DNA of 20,000 nucleotides, taken from contig NC_057720.1 of NCBI RefSeq assembly GCF_004010195.1, positions 21,186,013-21,206,012 of the forward strand, given 5' to 3'. Source of the DNA: Chiloscyllium plagiosum (taxonomy: Eukaryota). The notes beneath the pieces are model-generated. The model saw only the letters and a program-made list of their open reading frames with translations, was not told the DNA's origin and did no database searches. Made by a program: the position numbers and the translations under genes. This document shows positions 1-9,771 of the stretch, in pieces. Each line of letters opens with the position of its first letter. Position 1 is the first letter of the stretch.

Positions 1-119
1 AGGCCATCCAGCCCATCAAGTCTGCATTGAATTTCTAAACAGCATCCCATCCTGACCCACCCTTCCAACCGATATCTGCAACCCTGCATTTCCCATGGCT
101 AATCCACCTAGCTTGCACA
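1..119 (-). mobile_element. HE1-like V-SINE, 3' portion
   Basis: CCCTGCATTTCCCATGGCTAATCCACCTAGCTTGCACA closely matches 13885-13922 and the reverse complement of about 9330-9368, both within fuller SINE copies. Confidence 0.8.
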
Positions 120-388
120 ACATGACTTACATGCATTCAGTTGTATTTACAAAAGACTATAAATCACATATCAGTCCAGTAATGTGTTAATTTCCAAAAT
201 CATGCACTTTGATGAGAGCTACATTCCTGCTGGGGATGAAAAAGGCTTCTACTCTGTGTGCCCTGTGTTAATATTTTCAGACCAGATCACGTACAAGCTC
301 TCACTATTCTCCCCTTAAACTCAGGGCTGTGCCATTTATTGTTGGGCTGTAAGTGATCCCATTTCAGCCTTGGGCTTTTCCAGTGGGA

Positions 389-862
389 TCATAACACATA
401 GAAACAGAAATAGACCACTCGACCCATCGTTATTCAATAAGATCGTGGTTGATCTGATAATTCTCAACTCCACTTTCATGCCTTTTCCACATGATCCTTG
501 AATTCCCTTGCTGATGAAATAGCTGTCCATCCCAACCTTGAATATCCTTAATGACCCAGCTTTTACAGCTATCTGCAGTAAGAATTACAGGTTCATTGCC
601 TTTGGAGAGAAGGAATTCCTTCACATCCCTGTTTTAAATGGGTAAGCCCTTATGCTGAGATTATGCTATATGGCTCTTATGCTGAGATTATGCTATATGG
701 TCCTTGACTTTCTCACAAGGGGGAAACAACATTCTTGCGTTTACCTTGTTGAGTTGCCGAACAACATTGTATGTTTCAATAAGGATCTCCTCTCATGTTT
801 CTCAACTTCGATGAGTACACGCCCAATCTACTCAACCTCTCCTCATTAGACAGTCCCTCCAT
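389..862 (-). mobile_element. CR1-type LINE 3' fragment (decayed ORF2 end plus 3' UTR)
   Basis: Starts with the reversed CR1 tail (CATAGAAACAGAAATAGACCACTCGACCC...TTCAATAAGATCGTGG) and is colinear with the other CR1 3' fragments here (5548-6000, 18381-18744). Includes a 27-bp-period duplication at 649-700. Confidence 0.8.
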
Positions 863-939
863 TCTGCTCTCCCACCAATGCCAATTTAGCTGGATGTAAT
901 CAATAACAACTAGATTGAGTTCTTACATACATTGCCCAT

Positions 940-1043
940 TAGGACCAGGTTGCCAGTGAAAGAGAGAAGGTCTATGAGATTGGCTGAATTTGAACCCTGG
1001 TCTCAGAAGTAAGAGAAAGATCTGTTAACATATTGGTGACACC
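940..1043 (-). mobile_element. Possible ancient tRNA-derived SINE head
   Basis: GAATTTGAACCCTGGTCTCAGAAGT reads GGGTTCAAATTC (Pol III B-box-like) on the minus strand. The rest is highly diverged. Confidence 0.35.
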
Positions 1044-1749
1044 ATTTTAACTCTGATATCTCCCTCCTTTCTTTTGAATCTGGTTAATAGTAACATTTCA
1101 ACCTTCTGCAGGGACTTCTAGTGCAGCACTATGCCTTCTTTGCTGTAAGCTTATCTCCTGAATGTCGTTAATTACTGATAAAATTATCCAATCAGTTTTT
1201 AAACCTGCTGTCAAATTCTATCTGCTGTGAATGAACTACATTTACAGAAGCTATCAGAAAAGAAAGAGGAAGAGAAGTATTTTACTTCACATTCCAAGTA
1301 TTTGTATTTTCTGTCCTTTTCATCCCATTTTTGAAAAAATATGTAGAATTGAAAACTGAAACCTCGTTTGTGTCAGCTCGACTTCAGTTCAAGTAAATAT
1401 ATTTCACTGTCAGTGAAAGGTTTTGATGATATGGGGTAAAATAATGTTGTAATGGCAATCATAAAAATAAAGGTACACATTATTACTGAATAATGTGCTT
1501 GAAGGCTACTTCAGTCTTCTGCTCAAATTAACCATGTGCTTATAAATTACAATCAGTAACTTTCATGGTGATTAACACAATATTAGCATATTAGTGTGTT
1601 TCACTGTGTGCTGCAGAGGGTGGTTTCTTAATACTGCCAATTATAAGCATCAGTTAATTTGGATTCATGCGCACATGTTCAGCGATTAGAACTGTTTTAT
1701 GCTTGAAGCTTCTAATTAAAAAAAACTACAGCTCAGTTGCAACAACAAT

Positions 1750-3442
1750 AGAGATTCTTTCCACCTTTTTGAGCTCCAGTTCCTCCAGTAGAGGCTGCTC
1801 TAACACTACCAAATAAGCGACAGTTACAAAAGCAGACTTTTCCAGAGTGACAACACCATCTTCTGCTCGCATCGGTTGCTGGTGTGCAGAATGGTTAGCA
1901 TCTGCAACCAATTCGAGCTGGCCCCAGGAGCCAAGGTAAATTGCTTCAATGTTCTTTGGAAATTGATGACTGATGCCCATTCATTTGTCAGATCAGAATG
2001 TCAAAAGGTGCTGGGGATATGGTTTGCAGGGTGTGTGCTAGAAAAACTGGAAAGAGTGAGTAGCTATCGTCAAGCAAAAACTGAGCATGTGGGAGCAGTG
2101 CTCCCAGAAATGTGAGAAGTGAACTCAACATTGTAGATGTGAACTTGCTTGTCGGTGATGAGGTGTTCTCAGTGTCACTGTACATGGCTCAGGTCTGGTC
2201 TGTTCCTCCTGAGCAGGGGACTCAAGTCGCCTTCAAGCATGTTATCCAGTGATAGTGTGTACTTTCTGTGAATGCTATTGTAACATTGTTATGGCAATCA
2301 AATGAGCCAACCTCTGGTTTATTTGGAGGTTGACCATGGACTGTGTTCACAGGGACAAACTCTCAATAAAGGGGGAGGAAATGTATCCAACATCACCTTT
2401 ATCCCTTTACCACTTCTACCTGCAGCTGCAGTGCTAGGGTAGATCCTCGTTATGCAAACACCAAGTGACACTACATGTGCAAGTTCTATCTGTCCCCAGT
2501 GTCACAAAAGATGGACCTGGTCATATTACCGCAGAATGCCCCAAGTTGTTAGGTTGTGTTGTACTAGCTGTCTCTCATGGAGATGTTTATACAGGAAATC
2601 ATCTTTAGCCACAAGTCTTTCAGGCTGTGGTGCAAGATCTTTGAGCGTCTGCGGGAATTGAATGGTTCCTTGAGCAGTCTGTCAAAGGCATTTGGCAGAG
2701 TGCCTCATCATCTGAACTTTTACAAGCAAGCACCAAGATGAAGTTGTCCAAAAGGCTTTCCCCTTAGATCCTTCTTACATTCTCTGCACATTGGCCTCAA
2801 GCTGGCTATGGCTTGGAAGCGATTCTTGTCCAATTCCTTGTAGAATGTGCCTTACTGAAGCAGATCTGGAGGCAGATGCGATGGTTTTGGTTGAGGTTAC
2901 TCCCAAGCAGCTCTGTGACACGGGACTCGGTGCTCTCTGGGCTTTTCCCTGGATGCACATGGAGTTAAACATCAATTCAGTGACGGACGCTGTTTAGTCT
3001 ATCTGAAACTTGCTGCTCTTCCATTTCAAAGAATTGTCCTCAATTAGGCTGCCACACTCTAGGATCTACATTGCTGAAGGCTGCACCAAAGCCTGGGGCA
3101 ATGGTGCAATGGGGAATGGTCACTGCCTAGACCTTTCAACTACAGTATACTATGGGGGATAGATACTTTAGGCGGTGGTGCATCTTACAGAGAGTGTTTG
3201 TTGTAAGTTGTATTGACATACTTGAGAGGGAACATAGGCTATAGGGAAGCATGTTAAATAGCTTACATTTTCTGTAATTTCCAATTTGAAATGCAATTTG
3301 TAAATATTAAGACTGTTACATTCATACAGAGTGGAACATGCTGTGTAGGGACCAATTGAATTTTCTTGTACAATTTGTAATATTCAAGTCACACATTGTG
3401 TAATTTTCTTGACATTTGAATAAAGTATATTTTTGGGAAAAA
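1750..3442 (+). mobile_element. 5'-truncated, decayed Tx1-clade (L1/Tx1) non-LTR retrotransposon: RT and C-terminal part of ORF2 plus 3' UTR
   Basis: Frame-shifted translations give ordered Tx1-like ORF2 motifs: SICNQFELAPGAKVN (about 1897), KVLGIWFAG (about 2004), LYMAQVW (about 2178), FIWR (about 2319), YANTK*HYMCKFYLSPV..MDL..LPQNAPS (2451-2546), FLVECALLKQIWRQMRWF..LLPSSSVTRDSVLSGLFPG (2833-2953), INSVTDAV*SI*NLLLF. Ends with AATAAA (3419-3424) and a short A run (3438-3442). Confidence 0.85.
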
Positions 3443-3756
3443 GCCAGATTAACTGGGAATTATCACAAACGAAAGGGAGCGTAATTAGGTTATTGTATAT
3501 GAAAGACATGTTATTAGCTCCCATAGATAATCTATCTACACCATAAGTTACCAAATCTTTGATTGCCTGCCAACCTATTTCAATAATTTAACTAATTTAA
3601 AGCACTTTCAAGTAAAGAATATACGAATACATAGGAATTTATTTTTAAATGCCATTTAGATTAATTATCAATTGTATATCTCAGTTGACAGGTGCCTTTT
3701 GCCTGTGACCATCACCACCTTCCTCTTTGCTGACTGCTCCTCAATTTTGAACCCAA

Positions 3757-3965
3757 CAATTTGCATTTACTGTATGTAATGACTTTAAAGCAGTGAAAAC
3801 GTCCCAAGGTACTTCACAATCTGTGAACATTTGGCAATGGGCCACAAAAAGGTTTTGGGACATATGATCAAGACCTTGGACAAACAGGTAGAGAGGCAAG
3901 AAAGTTGGCAGAGGGAATTTGAGTTGAGGGGCAAGGAAGCTCAGGGCACAGCAGCTGCCAACATG
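3757..3965 (-). mobile_element. L2-type LINE 3' end
   Basis: CAATTTGCATTTA...AAAACGTCCCAAGGTACTTCACA is the reversed L2-type tail. Minus-strand VGSCCALSFLAPQLKFPLP resembles the L2 C-terminal GGRAFS..P.LWNSLP motif. Confidence 0.7.
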
Positions 3966-4324
3966 AGAATCTTGCCAGCCAATAAAGTATATTAAGCATG
4001 AGTCCAAATGAGGGATAAATCTGTTCAGCATGATACAATAGCAGTCTTTTCAATCCCAACAGCTTTATGCTCCATATGAGTTTCCACCTACAATCTTCAT
4101 CTGACTTTATTGGTAGAACTCTTTGATCATAGTATCAACAAGCACCTCATTACAAAGTGCCAGTAATGCACTCTACAAATTATAAATGTCTGATATAACA
4201 GAGCCATTAATCCTGCACACAGGTGGACAGTGTTTTTATAAAATGGGGCTAATCCATGGATGTTGCTGAGAACTTAATTGTATCGTGCCATTTCATTAGT
4301 TTGAAGCCTTTCATTTTACACAGC

Positions 4325-5085
4325 ATAGTTGGTCTCCCTGCAATAGGAAAGATGTTGTGAAACTTGAAATGGTTCAGACAAGATTTACAAGAATATTACA
4401 AGGGTTGGAGGGTTTAAGCTATTGGGAGAGGATGAATAGACTGGGCTGTATCCTCTGGAGCATCGGAGGCTGAAGGGTGACTGTATAGAGGTCTATAAAG
4501 TCATGAGGGGCATGGATGGGGTAAATAAACAAGGTCATTTCCCTGGGTTGGGGGAGTCCAGAAATAGACGGCATAAGTTTAGGGTGAGAGGGAAAAGATT
4601 GAAAAGGGACCTCAGGAGTAACGTTTTCACACAGAGGATGGTACGTGTATGGAATAAGCTGCCAGAGGAAGTGGTGGACGCTGGTACAATTACAACATTG
4701 AAAAGGCATCTGGATGGGTATATGAATAGGATAGGTTTAGAGGGATGTGGACCAAATGCTGGCAAATGGGACTAGGCTTATTTAGGATATTTGAGTCCAG
4801 AGTGTGGTGCTGGAAAAGCACAGCAGGTCAGGTAGCATCTGAGGAGCAGGAGAATTGATGTTTTGGGCAAAAGCCCTTCATCAGGAATCCCGATGAAGGG
4901 CTTTTGCCTGAAATGTCGATTCTCCTGCTTCTCGGATGCTGCCTGACTTGTGCTTTTCCAGCACCTCACTCTTGACTCTAATCTTTGGCATCTGTTGTCC
5001 TCACTTTTGCCTTATTTAGGATATTTGGTCGGCATGCATGAGTTGGACCGAAGGGGCTGTTTTCATGCAGTATATCTCTATGACT
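4325..5085 (+). mobile_element. CR1/HER1-like LINE 3' fragment, interrupted at 4794-5010
   Basis: ORF 4503-4775 gives the typical CR1 ORF2 C-terminus (HKFRVRG..FTQRMVRVWNKLPEEVVDAGTITTLKRHLDGYM). The tail ends in CTCTATGACT. Same subfamily as 6975-7179 and 19696-20000. Confidence 0.92.
4794..5010 (+). mobile_element. Penelope-like terminus, fold-back palindrome with decayed hammerhead motifs
   Basis: Inverted arms of about 92 bp (about 4794-4886 and 4888-4978) centred on CTTCATCAGGAATCCCGATGAAG, then a tail of about 30 nt. Flanked by an exact 17-bp repeat CTTATTTAGGATATTTG (4777-4793, 5011-5027). Homologous to 8384-8468. Confidence 0.8.
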
Positions 5086-5547
5086 GTTTTGATGCGATAG
5101 TGTGGACAATTTATATTAAAATAAAACTCACACTAACTGCCAAAGTTTTCACTTTCTCCTATTGTGGAGGGGCTTGTGTACCGTGAAACCAACCACTATG
5201 TTTGGGGTTGTTTTCTGCCTTCACGTGACTAAACCAAGAGGTCTAACAGAGTTATAAAAGGTGAGGAAATCCTCTAGTGAGCCCTTACAAGAAAGGACTC
5301 TTATTTTAAATAAAATGAAGTTATTGTATCATAGCAAATGCATATTACGAGAGTAAGTTAAACGTGATGGCTTGGATTTCCTCTTGACCAGAAAGCAGTG
5401 AGATGGGAGGTGTGCATAGAGACCATCTGGAATATTCCCTTATGCCTAGATCCCTCTGAAAGATCCTGAGGTGCTCTGCCTTTCCCCACCCTAATGAAAT
5501 CATCAGACTGGTTGGTGTTTAATGCAACCACTAACATTAATCCTTCA

Positions 5548-6540
5548 AAACCAGAAGAGGTGGGAACAGGAGTAAACCTTTCACTCCCTCAAACCTCCTC
5601 CCTTTAATAAGGCTGACTCGACATTCCTCATATTCACTTTTCTGCTCTTTCTGTGATTCCCCAAATGATCACAAATCTATCTATCTCAGTCGTAAAATAT
5701 GCACAAGGATTCTGCCCCACCAGCTGTCTGTGGCAAGGAGTTCCAAAGACTAACAACCCTCTCAGAGCAAAATAAAATCCTGTTCACCTCAGGCTTAAAT
5801 TGGTGCCCCTTAATTATGAGACTATGCTTCTGTCCTAGACTTAACATTTTCTCAGCATTTACCCTGTCAAGGCTCTTAAGAATTCTATATGTTTCAATGA
5901 GATCACCTCCCATTCTTCTAAAGTCCAGTGTATAGACTCCCAAACTGTTTATCCTTTGCTTACAAGACAATCCCTCCATACCAGGGATCATCCTAGTGAA
6001 CCTTCACTGAGCTGCCTCCAGCAAAATAATATCTTTCCTTAAATAAGATGAACAAACCTGCTCACAGTACTCTAGACATGGTCTCACAAATACCTTGCAA
6101 AGTTGCATCAAAGACTTTCCCCACTCTTATACTCCAACCCCCTTGAAATATTTACAATATTTGAAATATTTTAAATAGACCAATAGACGTTTAGGCTTCC
6201 TGATTACCTGCTGTACCAGTGCATTAGGTTTCTGTGTTTCATGCACAAGTACACTAAAATCCTTTTGTGTTGCAGCTTTCTGTAGATTTTCTTCATTTAA
6301 ATAATACTTTTTTAAAAATTCTCTCTTCCAAAATGAGCAGCTTCACATTTTCCTAGGTGATACTCCATTTGTCAACGTTTTGCCTGCCTACCTAACCCAC
6401 CAATATCTCTCTAAACTGTTTGTATCTCGGTTGCAACCTGTGTTTCCACCTAGTTTAGTGTTGCCTGCAAATTTGGCTACAGTACATTCACTTGCTTCCT
6501 CCAAAACATTAATATAAATTATAAACAGTTGTGGCCCCAG
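5548..6540 (-). mobile_element. CR1-type LINE, about 1 kb 3' fragment from the RT core to the 3' UTR
   Basis: ORF 6388-6591 gives LGPQLFIIYIN...AKFAGNTKLGG (decayed FADD motif). ORF 5686-5991 gives MIPGMEGLS..RRMGGDLIETYRIL..RVVSLWNSLP. Confidence 0.92.
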
Positions 6541-6578
6541 CTTCAAGTTTGCAGATGATACCAAGTTGGGTGGGAAGG

Positions 6579-7368
6579 TGTGAAAAAGCATTCCTTTAAC
6601 AAGGTTATGTTGTCCTTGTTTTTTTTCAAGATGGGGTTGTAAAGGCAGAGGTGCTGATATGTCTGGAAGTGGCTACTTTTGTTAATGGCAGGAGAGGGGC
6701 CAATTCTTCCAGTACAAGTTTTTTTCTTGTTCGAATTAGTTTTAGCAGAGAGTCAGAAAACTGCTGGTAACAGGGACACAGTTACAGTGAAACAAAGTTC
6801 GATGCTTCAACAGAGGTTTTCTTGCCTGACTCTACTGTTTGAAACCTCTCCTACCTGTAAGAACCTGTGTTTCAATGTACCATTTGCCTAGAGTGTATTT
6901 ATGGGATATTGAGGGAATTGGATCAGTTTTGTTAACTTGCGAAAGAGATGGGTTGGGTTTTCAAATAAGTCATAGAGTCATAGAGATGTACAGCACGGAA
7001 GAGACCCTTCAGTCCAACTCGTCCATGCCGACTAGATATCCCAATCCAATATAGTCCCACTTTCCAGCACCTAACCCATATCCCTCCAAACCATTCCTAT
7101 TCAGATACCCACCCAGATGCCTTTTAAATGTTGCAATTGTACCACCCTCCACCACTTCCTCTGGTAGCTCATTCAATACAAGTCATATTGTTCTAAATTC
7201 TGTTTTCTTTTGTTTGTGTTTATATAAATTCTATTTTGCTTAAAGCCGAGTGGTTTGACCAACTGCATCACTCCTGGGGTATCCACTTTACATCTGCTTA
7301 AAAAAAGAAATTAGGGTCTGGGCTCCCCTCTTAAAATGTTTTGAGGGTGTCTGACCTGGTCCATAACA
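6579..7368. mobile_element. Probable solo LTR (about 580 bp without its nested CR1 tail)
   Basis: Begins TGT and ends ACA, cleanly interrupts a CR1 reading frame, and is flanked by AAGG (6575-6578) and AGGG (7369-7372), a 3/4-matching 4-bp TSD. No internal coding remnant. Confidence 0.65.
6975..7179 (-). mobile_element. CR1/HER1-like 3' tail inserted in the LTR
   Basis: Highly similar to about 19708-19912. Flanked by the 8-bp repeat AAGTCATA (6967-6974, 7180-7187). Confidence 0.9.
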
Positions 7369-8353
7369 AGGGTGAACTGTGATGCGGATGCAAAGATCCT
7401 TCAGCATGATCTAGATAGGTTGGGAGGGTGGGCAATTCGATGGCAGATGCAGTATAATTTGGATTATTCACTTTGGAAGCAAAAACATGAAGGCAGATTA
7501 CTATTTGAATGGCTGTAAACTGGGAGAGAGAAGTGTGCAGCAGGACCTGGGTGTCCTTGTGCACCAGTTGCTGAAGGTATGATCATTCCTGTTTGAGAGA
7601 GGAAGAGGGAATGCTGACAGAGCCAAGCTGGAATTCTAATAAGATCAGCTGAACTTGCACAATCTACAAGGAAGGAGCTTAAGAAATCAGGTCTGTACTT
7701 AGCTTTTGGCTGGCACCTTCTTCCTTTTCTATCAGATGGAGAGCCCAAGTTGCTCAGAGTTGAGCTGACTGATTGCTATGTTTTATGTTTTTGAGAGGAA
7801 CATTGAAAGATCAAGAATCAGTGTTCAGCATTCAAACATGTAACAAGTACATTTAGGAAATCAAATCATTTTACTTCTCGATGTAAAATGGAGTTGGAAA
7901 CACAAGAAACAGGAGCTGGAGCAGGTCACTTTGAACCTGCTGCAGCATTCAGCAAAGTGGTGACTGAGCTTTCACCTCAACGCCTATTCCTTCATTCCAA
8001 GAGGGCCATTAATCTTGATCTTATCTTGAACTCACTCGATGACTGAACTCTGTAGGCTAGACAATTGCAAACATTCATGTTTTTATCGGAGGATTTTTGT
8101 TCTTAGTTCAGTCTTAAATGATCAACTTCTAATTCTGACTCTATGACCATTTGTTGTAGATCTTCTCAGCCAGGAAAACATTTTCTTACCATACACCCTG
8201 TTATGCTCTGTTAAGCTTTTTGTATGTTTCAGTTAGAATTATCGAGTTTTCCAACACGGAGAGAGGACTTCTGGTCCATCATATCTACACTGGTTCTCAA
8301 GTATCTCTCTATTCTAATCCCATTTTCCATCATTTGGCTTGTGCCCTTATAAA

Positions 8354-8479
8354 CTCTCCCCACCCTTCAGGCTCTCTGCCTGTATTCCTGATGAAGGGCT
8401 TATGCCCGAAACGTCGATTTTACTGCTCCTCGGATGCTGCCTGAACTGCTGTGCTCTTCCAGCACCACTAATCCAGAAT
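8354..8479 (+). mobile_element. Penelope-like terminal fragment (single arm)
   Basis: 126-bp insert between exact 10-bp repeats CCCTTATAAA (8344-8353, 8480-8489). Homologous to the arms of 4794-5010. Confidence 0.8.
8384..8419 (+). ncRNA. Minimal type I hammerhead ribozyme motif with intact core
   Basis: CUGAUGA (8388-8394), extra A, stem II GGGC-UUAU-GCCC (8396-8407), GAAA (8408-8411), then CGUC with a GUC cleavage triplet (8413-8415). Short stem I AUUC/GAUU pairs at 3 of 4 positions. Confidence 0.75.
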
Positions 8480-9129
8480 CCCTTATAAATCATGGCACTT
8501 CAAGTAATTATCTGAATATTCCTTAAATGTTGTGATGGCTCCCACCTATATCACCCATTCAAGGAACCCTCTCATTCAATTAAACTCCAGGTCTTAGTCT
8601 GTTTAATCTCTCTTGCTAAGACTATACCTTTATTCCAGGAACTAGTCTAATAACCCATTGTTGTACTACACACAAGGCAAATGAATTCCTCTTCAGGTAA
8701 AAAGACCAAAATTGCAAACAATGCGCCACGTATGCCCTCACTAATGCCCTGTATAATGGTAGGAAGATTGCTTTATCAGTGTACTATAGTCCCTTGACAT
8801 AGCATTTATCTCCCCAGCCAGTTGTTATACCCTGAGTGTTATCCTTGAGTGATTCATGAAAGAAATGAATTCACCTTAGAGGCAAATAAGCAAGTTAATG
8901 AGTACCGGATGATTGCACGATCATTAAGTAGCCTATAATTTTCCATCCATTAACAGTAATGAACAGAAAATCACTGAGTGGTCACTGCAAGTTTCCAAAC
9001 TGCTCCCTGCAATGTATATACATCTCTGGGAGGACGAGATTGCAGAATCATGTGCCTCAAAATTAAATCTCTCTTCTCTGGTTATTGACCCTCCCGATGT
9101 TGGAAACAGTTTTTTCTTTATTTCCTTAA

Positions 9130-9470
9130 GGTGGCACGATGGGTCAGTGCTGCCTCACAGACCAGGGACTGGGGTTCAACGCTCACCTTTGGTGACTGTC
9201 TGTGTGGAGTTTGCACATTCTTCCCCTTGTCCGTGTGGGTTTCCTCCGGGTGCTCTGGTTTCCTCCCACAGACCAAAAATGTGCAGGTTAGGTGGATTGG
9301 CCATGCTAAATTGCCCAGAGTGACCAGGGATGTGCAGGCTTGGTGGATTAGCCATGGGAAATGTGGGGTTAAAGGGATGGGGTGGATCTGGGTGGGATGC
9401 TCTTCAGAGGGTCGGTGTAGACTCAATGGGCCAAATGGCCTGCTTCCATAACTGCAGATATTCTGTGATT
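9130..9470 (+). mobile_element. HE1-like tRNA-derived V-SINE, near full length
   Basis: tRNA-like head (GGTGGCACGATGGGTCAGTG..GGTTCAA), V-domain GGGTTTCCTCCGGGTGCTCTGGTTTCCTCCCACA, and CR1-like tail ATGGGCCAAATGGCCT. Confidence 0.9.
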
Positions 9471-9536
9471 ATTTGTTCCAGAAAGCCCTTCAAGGTATTA
9501 AATACCCATATTATTTCCCCCATTGAACCTCACTAG

Positions 9537-9771
9537 GTAGCGGGGGTCAGTTAGCTGGACAACGAGTTTGCAATGCCAGAGTGATACTAACAGTGTGGGT
9601 TTAATTCCTGTACCAGCTGAGGTTATCATAATGGACATTCCCTCTCTATTTCTCCCCTTGCCTGAGGAGAGGTGACCCCCGCACCCCCCAGGTTAAACCA
9701 CCATGAATTGTCTCTCTCGAATGGGAGAACCACCTTATGGTCTGGTAGGACACTGGTGACTGTACCATACA
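9537..9771 (+). mobile_element. tRNA-derived SINE, second family
   Basis: Head with B-box-like GGGTTTAATTCC. Body GGTGACCC..CAGGTTAAACCAC is shared with 14657-14868. Flanked by CCTCACT (9528-9534) and CTTCACT (9772-9778). Confidence 0.7.

Larger units (their letters stand above)
6541..7580 (+). mobile_element. CR1 RT fragment split by an LTR-like insertion (CR1 parts 6541-6578 and 7369-7580)
   Basis: KFADDTKLGG at about 6545-6574 resumes after 7368 as VNCDADAKILQHDLDRLG and later QDLGVLVH. Confidence 0.85.
8239..8562 (-). mobile_element. Second CR1 3' tail nested in the older CR1
   Basis: Layout (ACACGGAGAGAGGAC..GGTCCATC..TAATCCCATTTTCCA..CCTTAAATGTTG..CCACCT) parallels the CR1 tail at 6975-7179. 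Confidence 0.7.
7897..8865 (-). mobile_element. Old CR1 3' fragment (about 7897-8238 and 8563-8865) hosting nested insertions
   Basis: Reversed CR1 tail at about 7900-7980. Stays colinear with 5548-6260 up to TTGTATGTTTCAGTTAGA and resumes at CCCTCTCATTC after the inserted block. Confidence 0.75.

Noticed and set aside
511..530. CTGATGA as another hammerhead core
   Set aside because: No stem II followed by GAAA at the right spacing; it lies within a CR1 fragment.
4503..4775. ORFs resembling database 'hypothetical proteins' (also 5686-5991, 18353-18652, 19785-19976, 9131-9451, 13785-14105)
   Set aside because: They are CR1 ORF2 C-termini or read-throughs of SINEs, not host genes.
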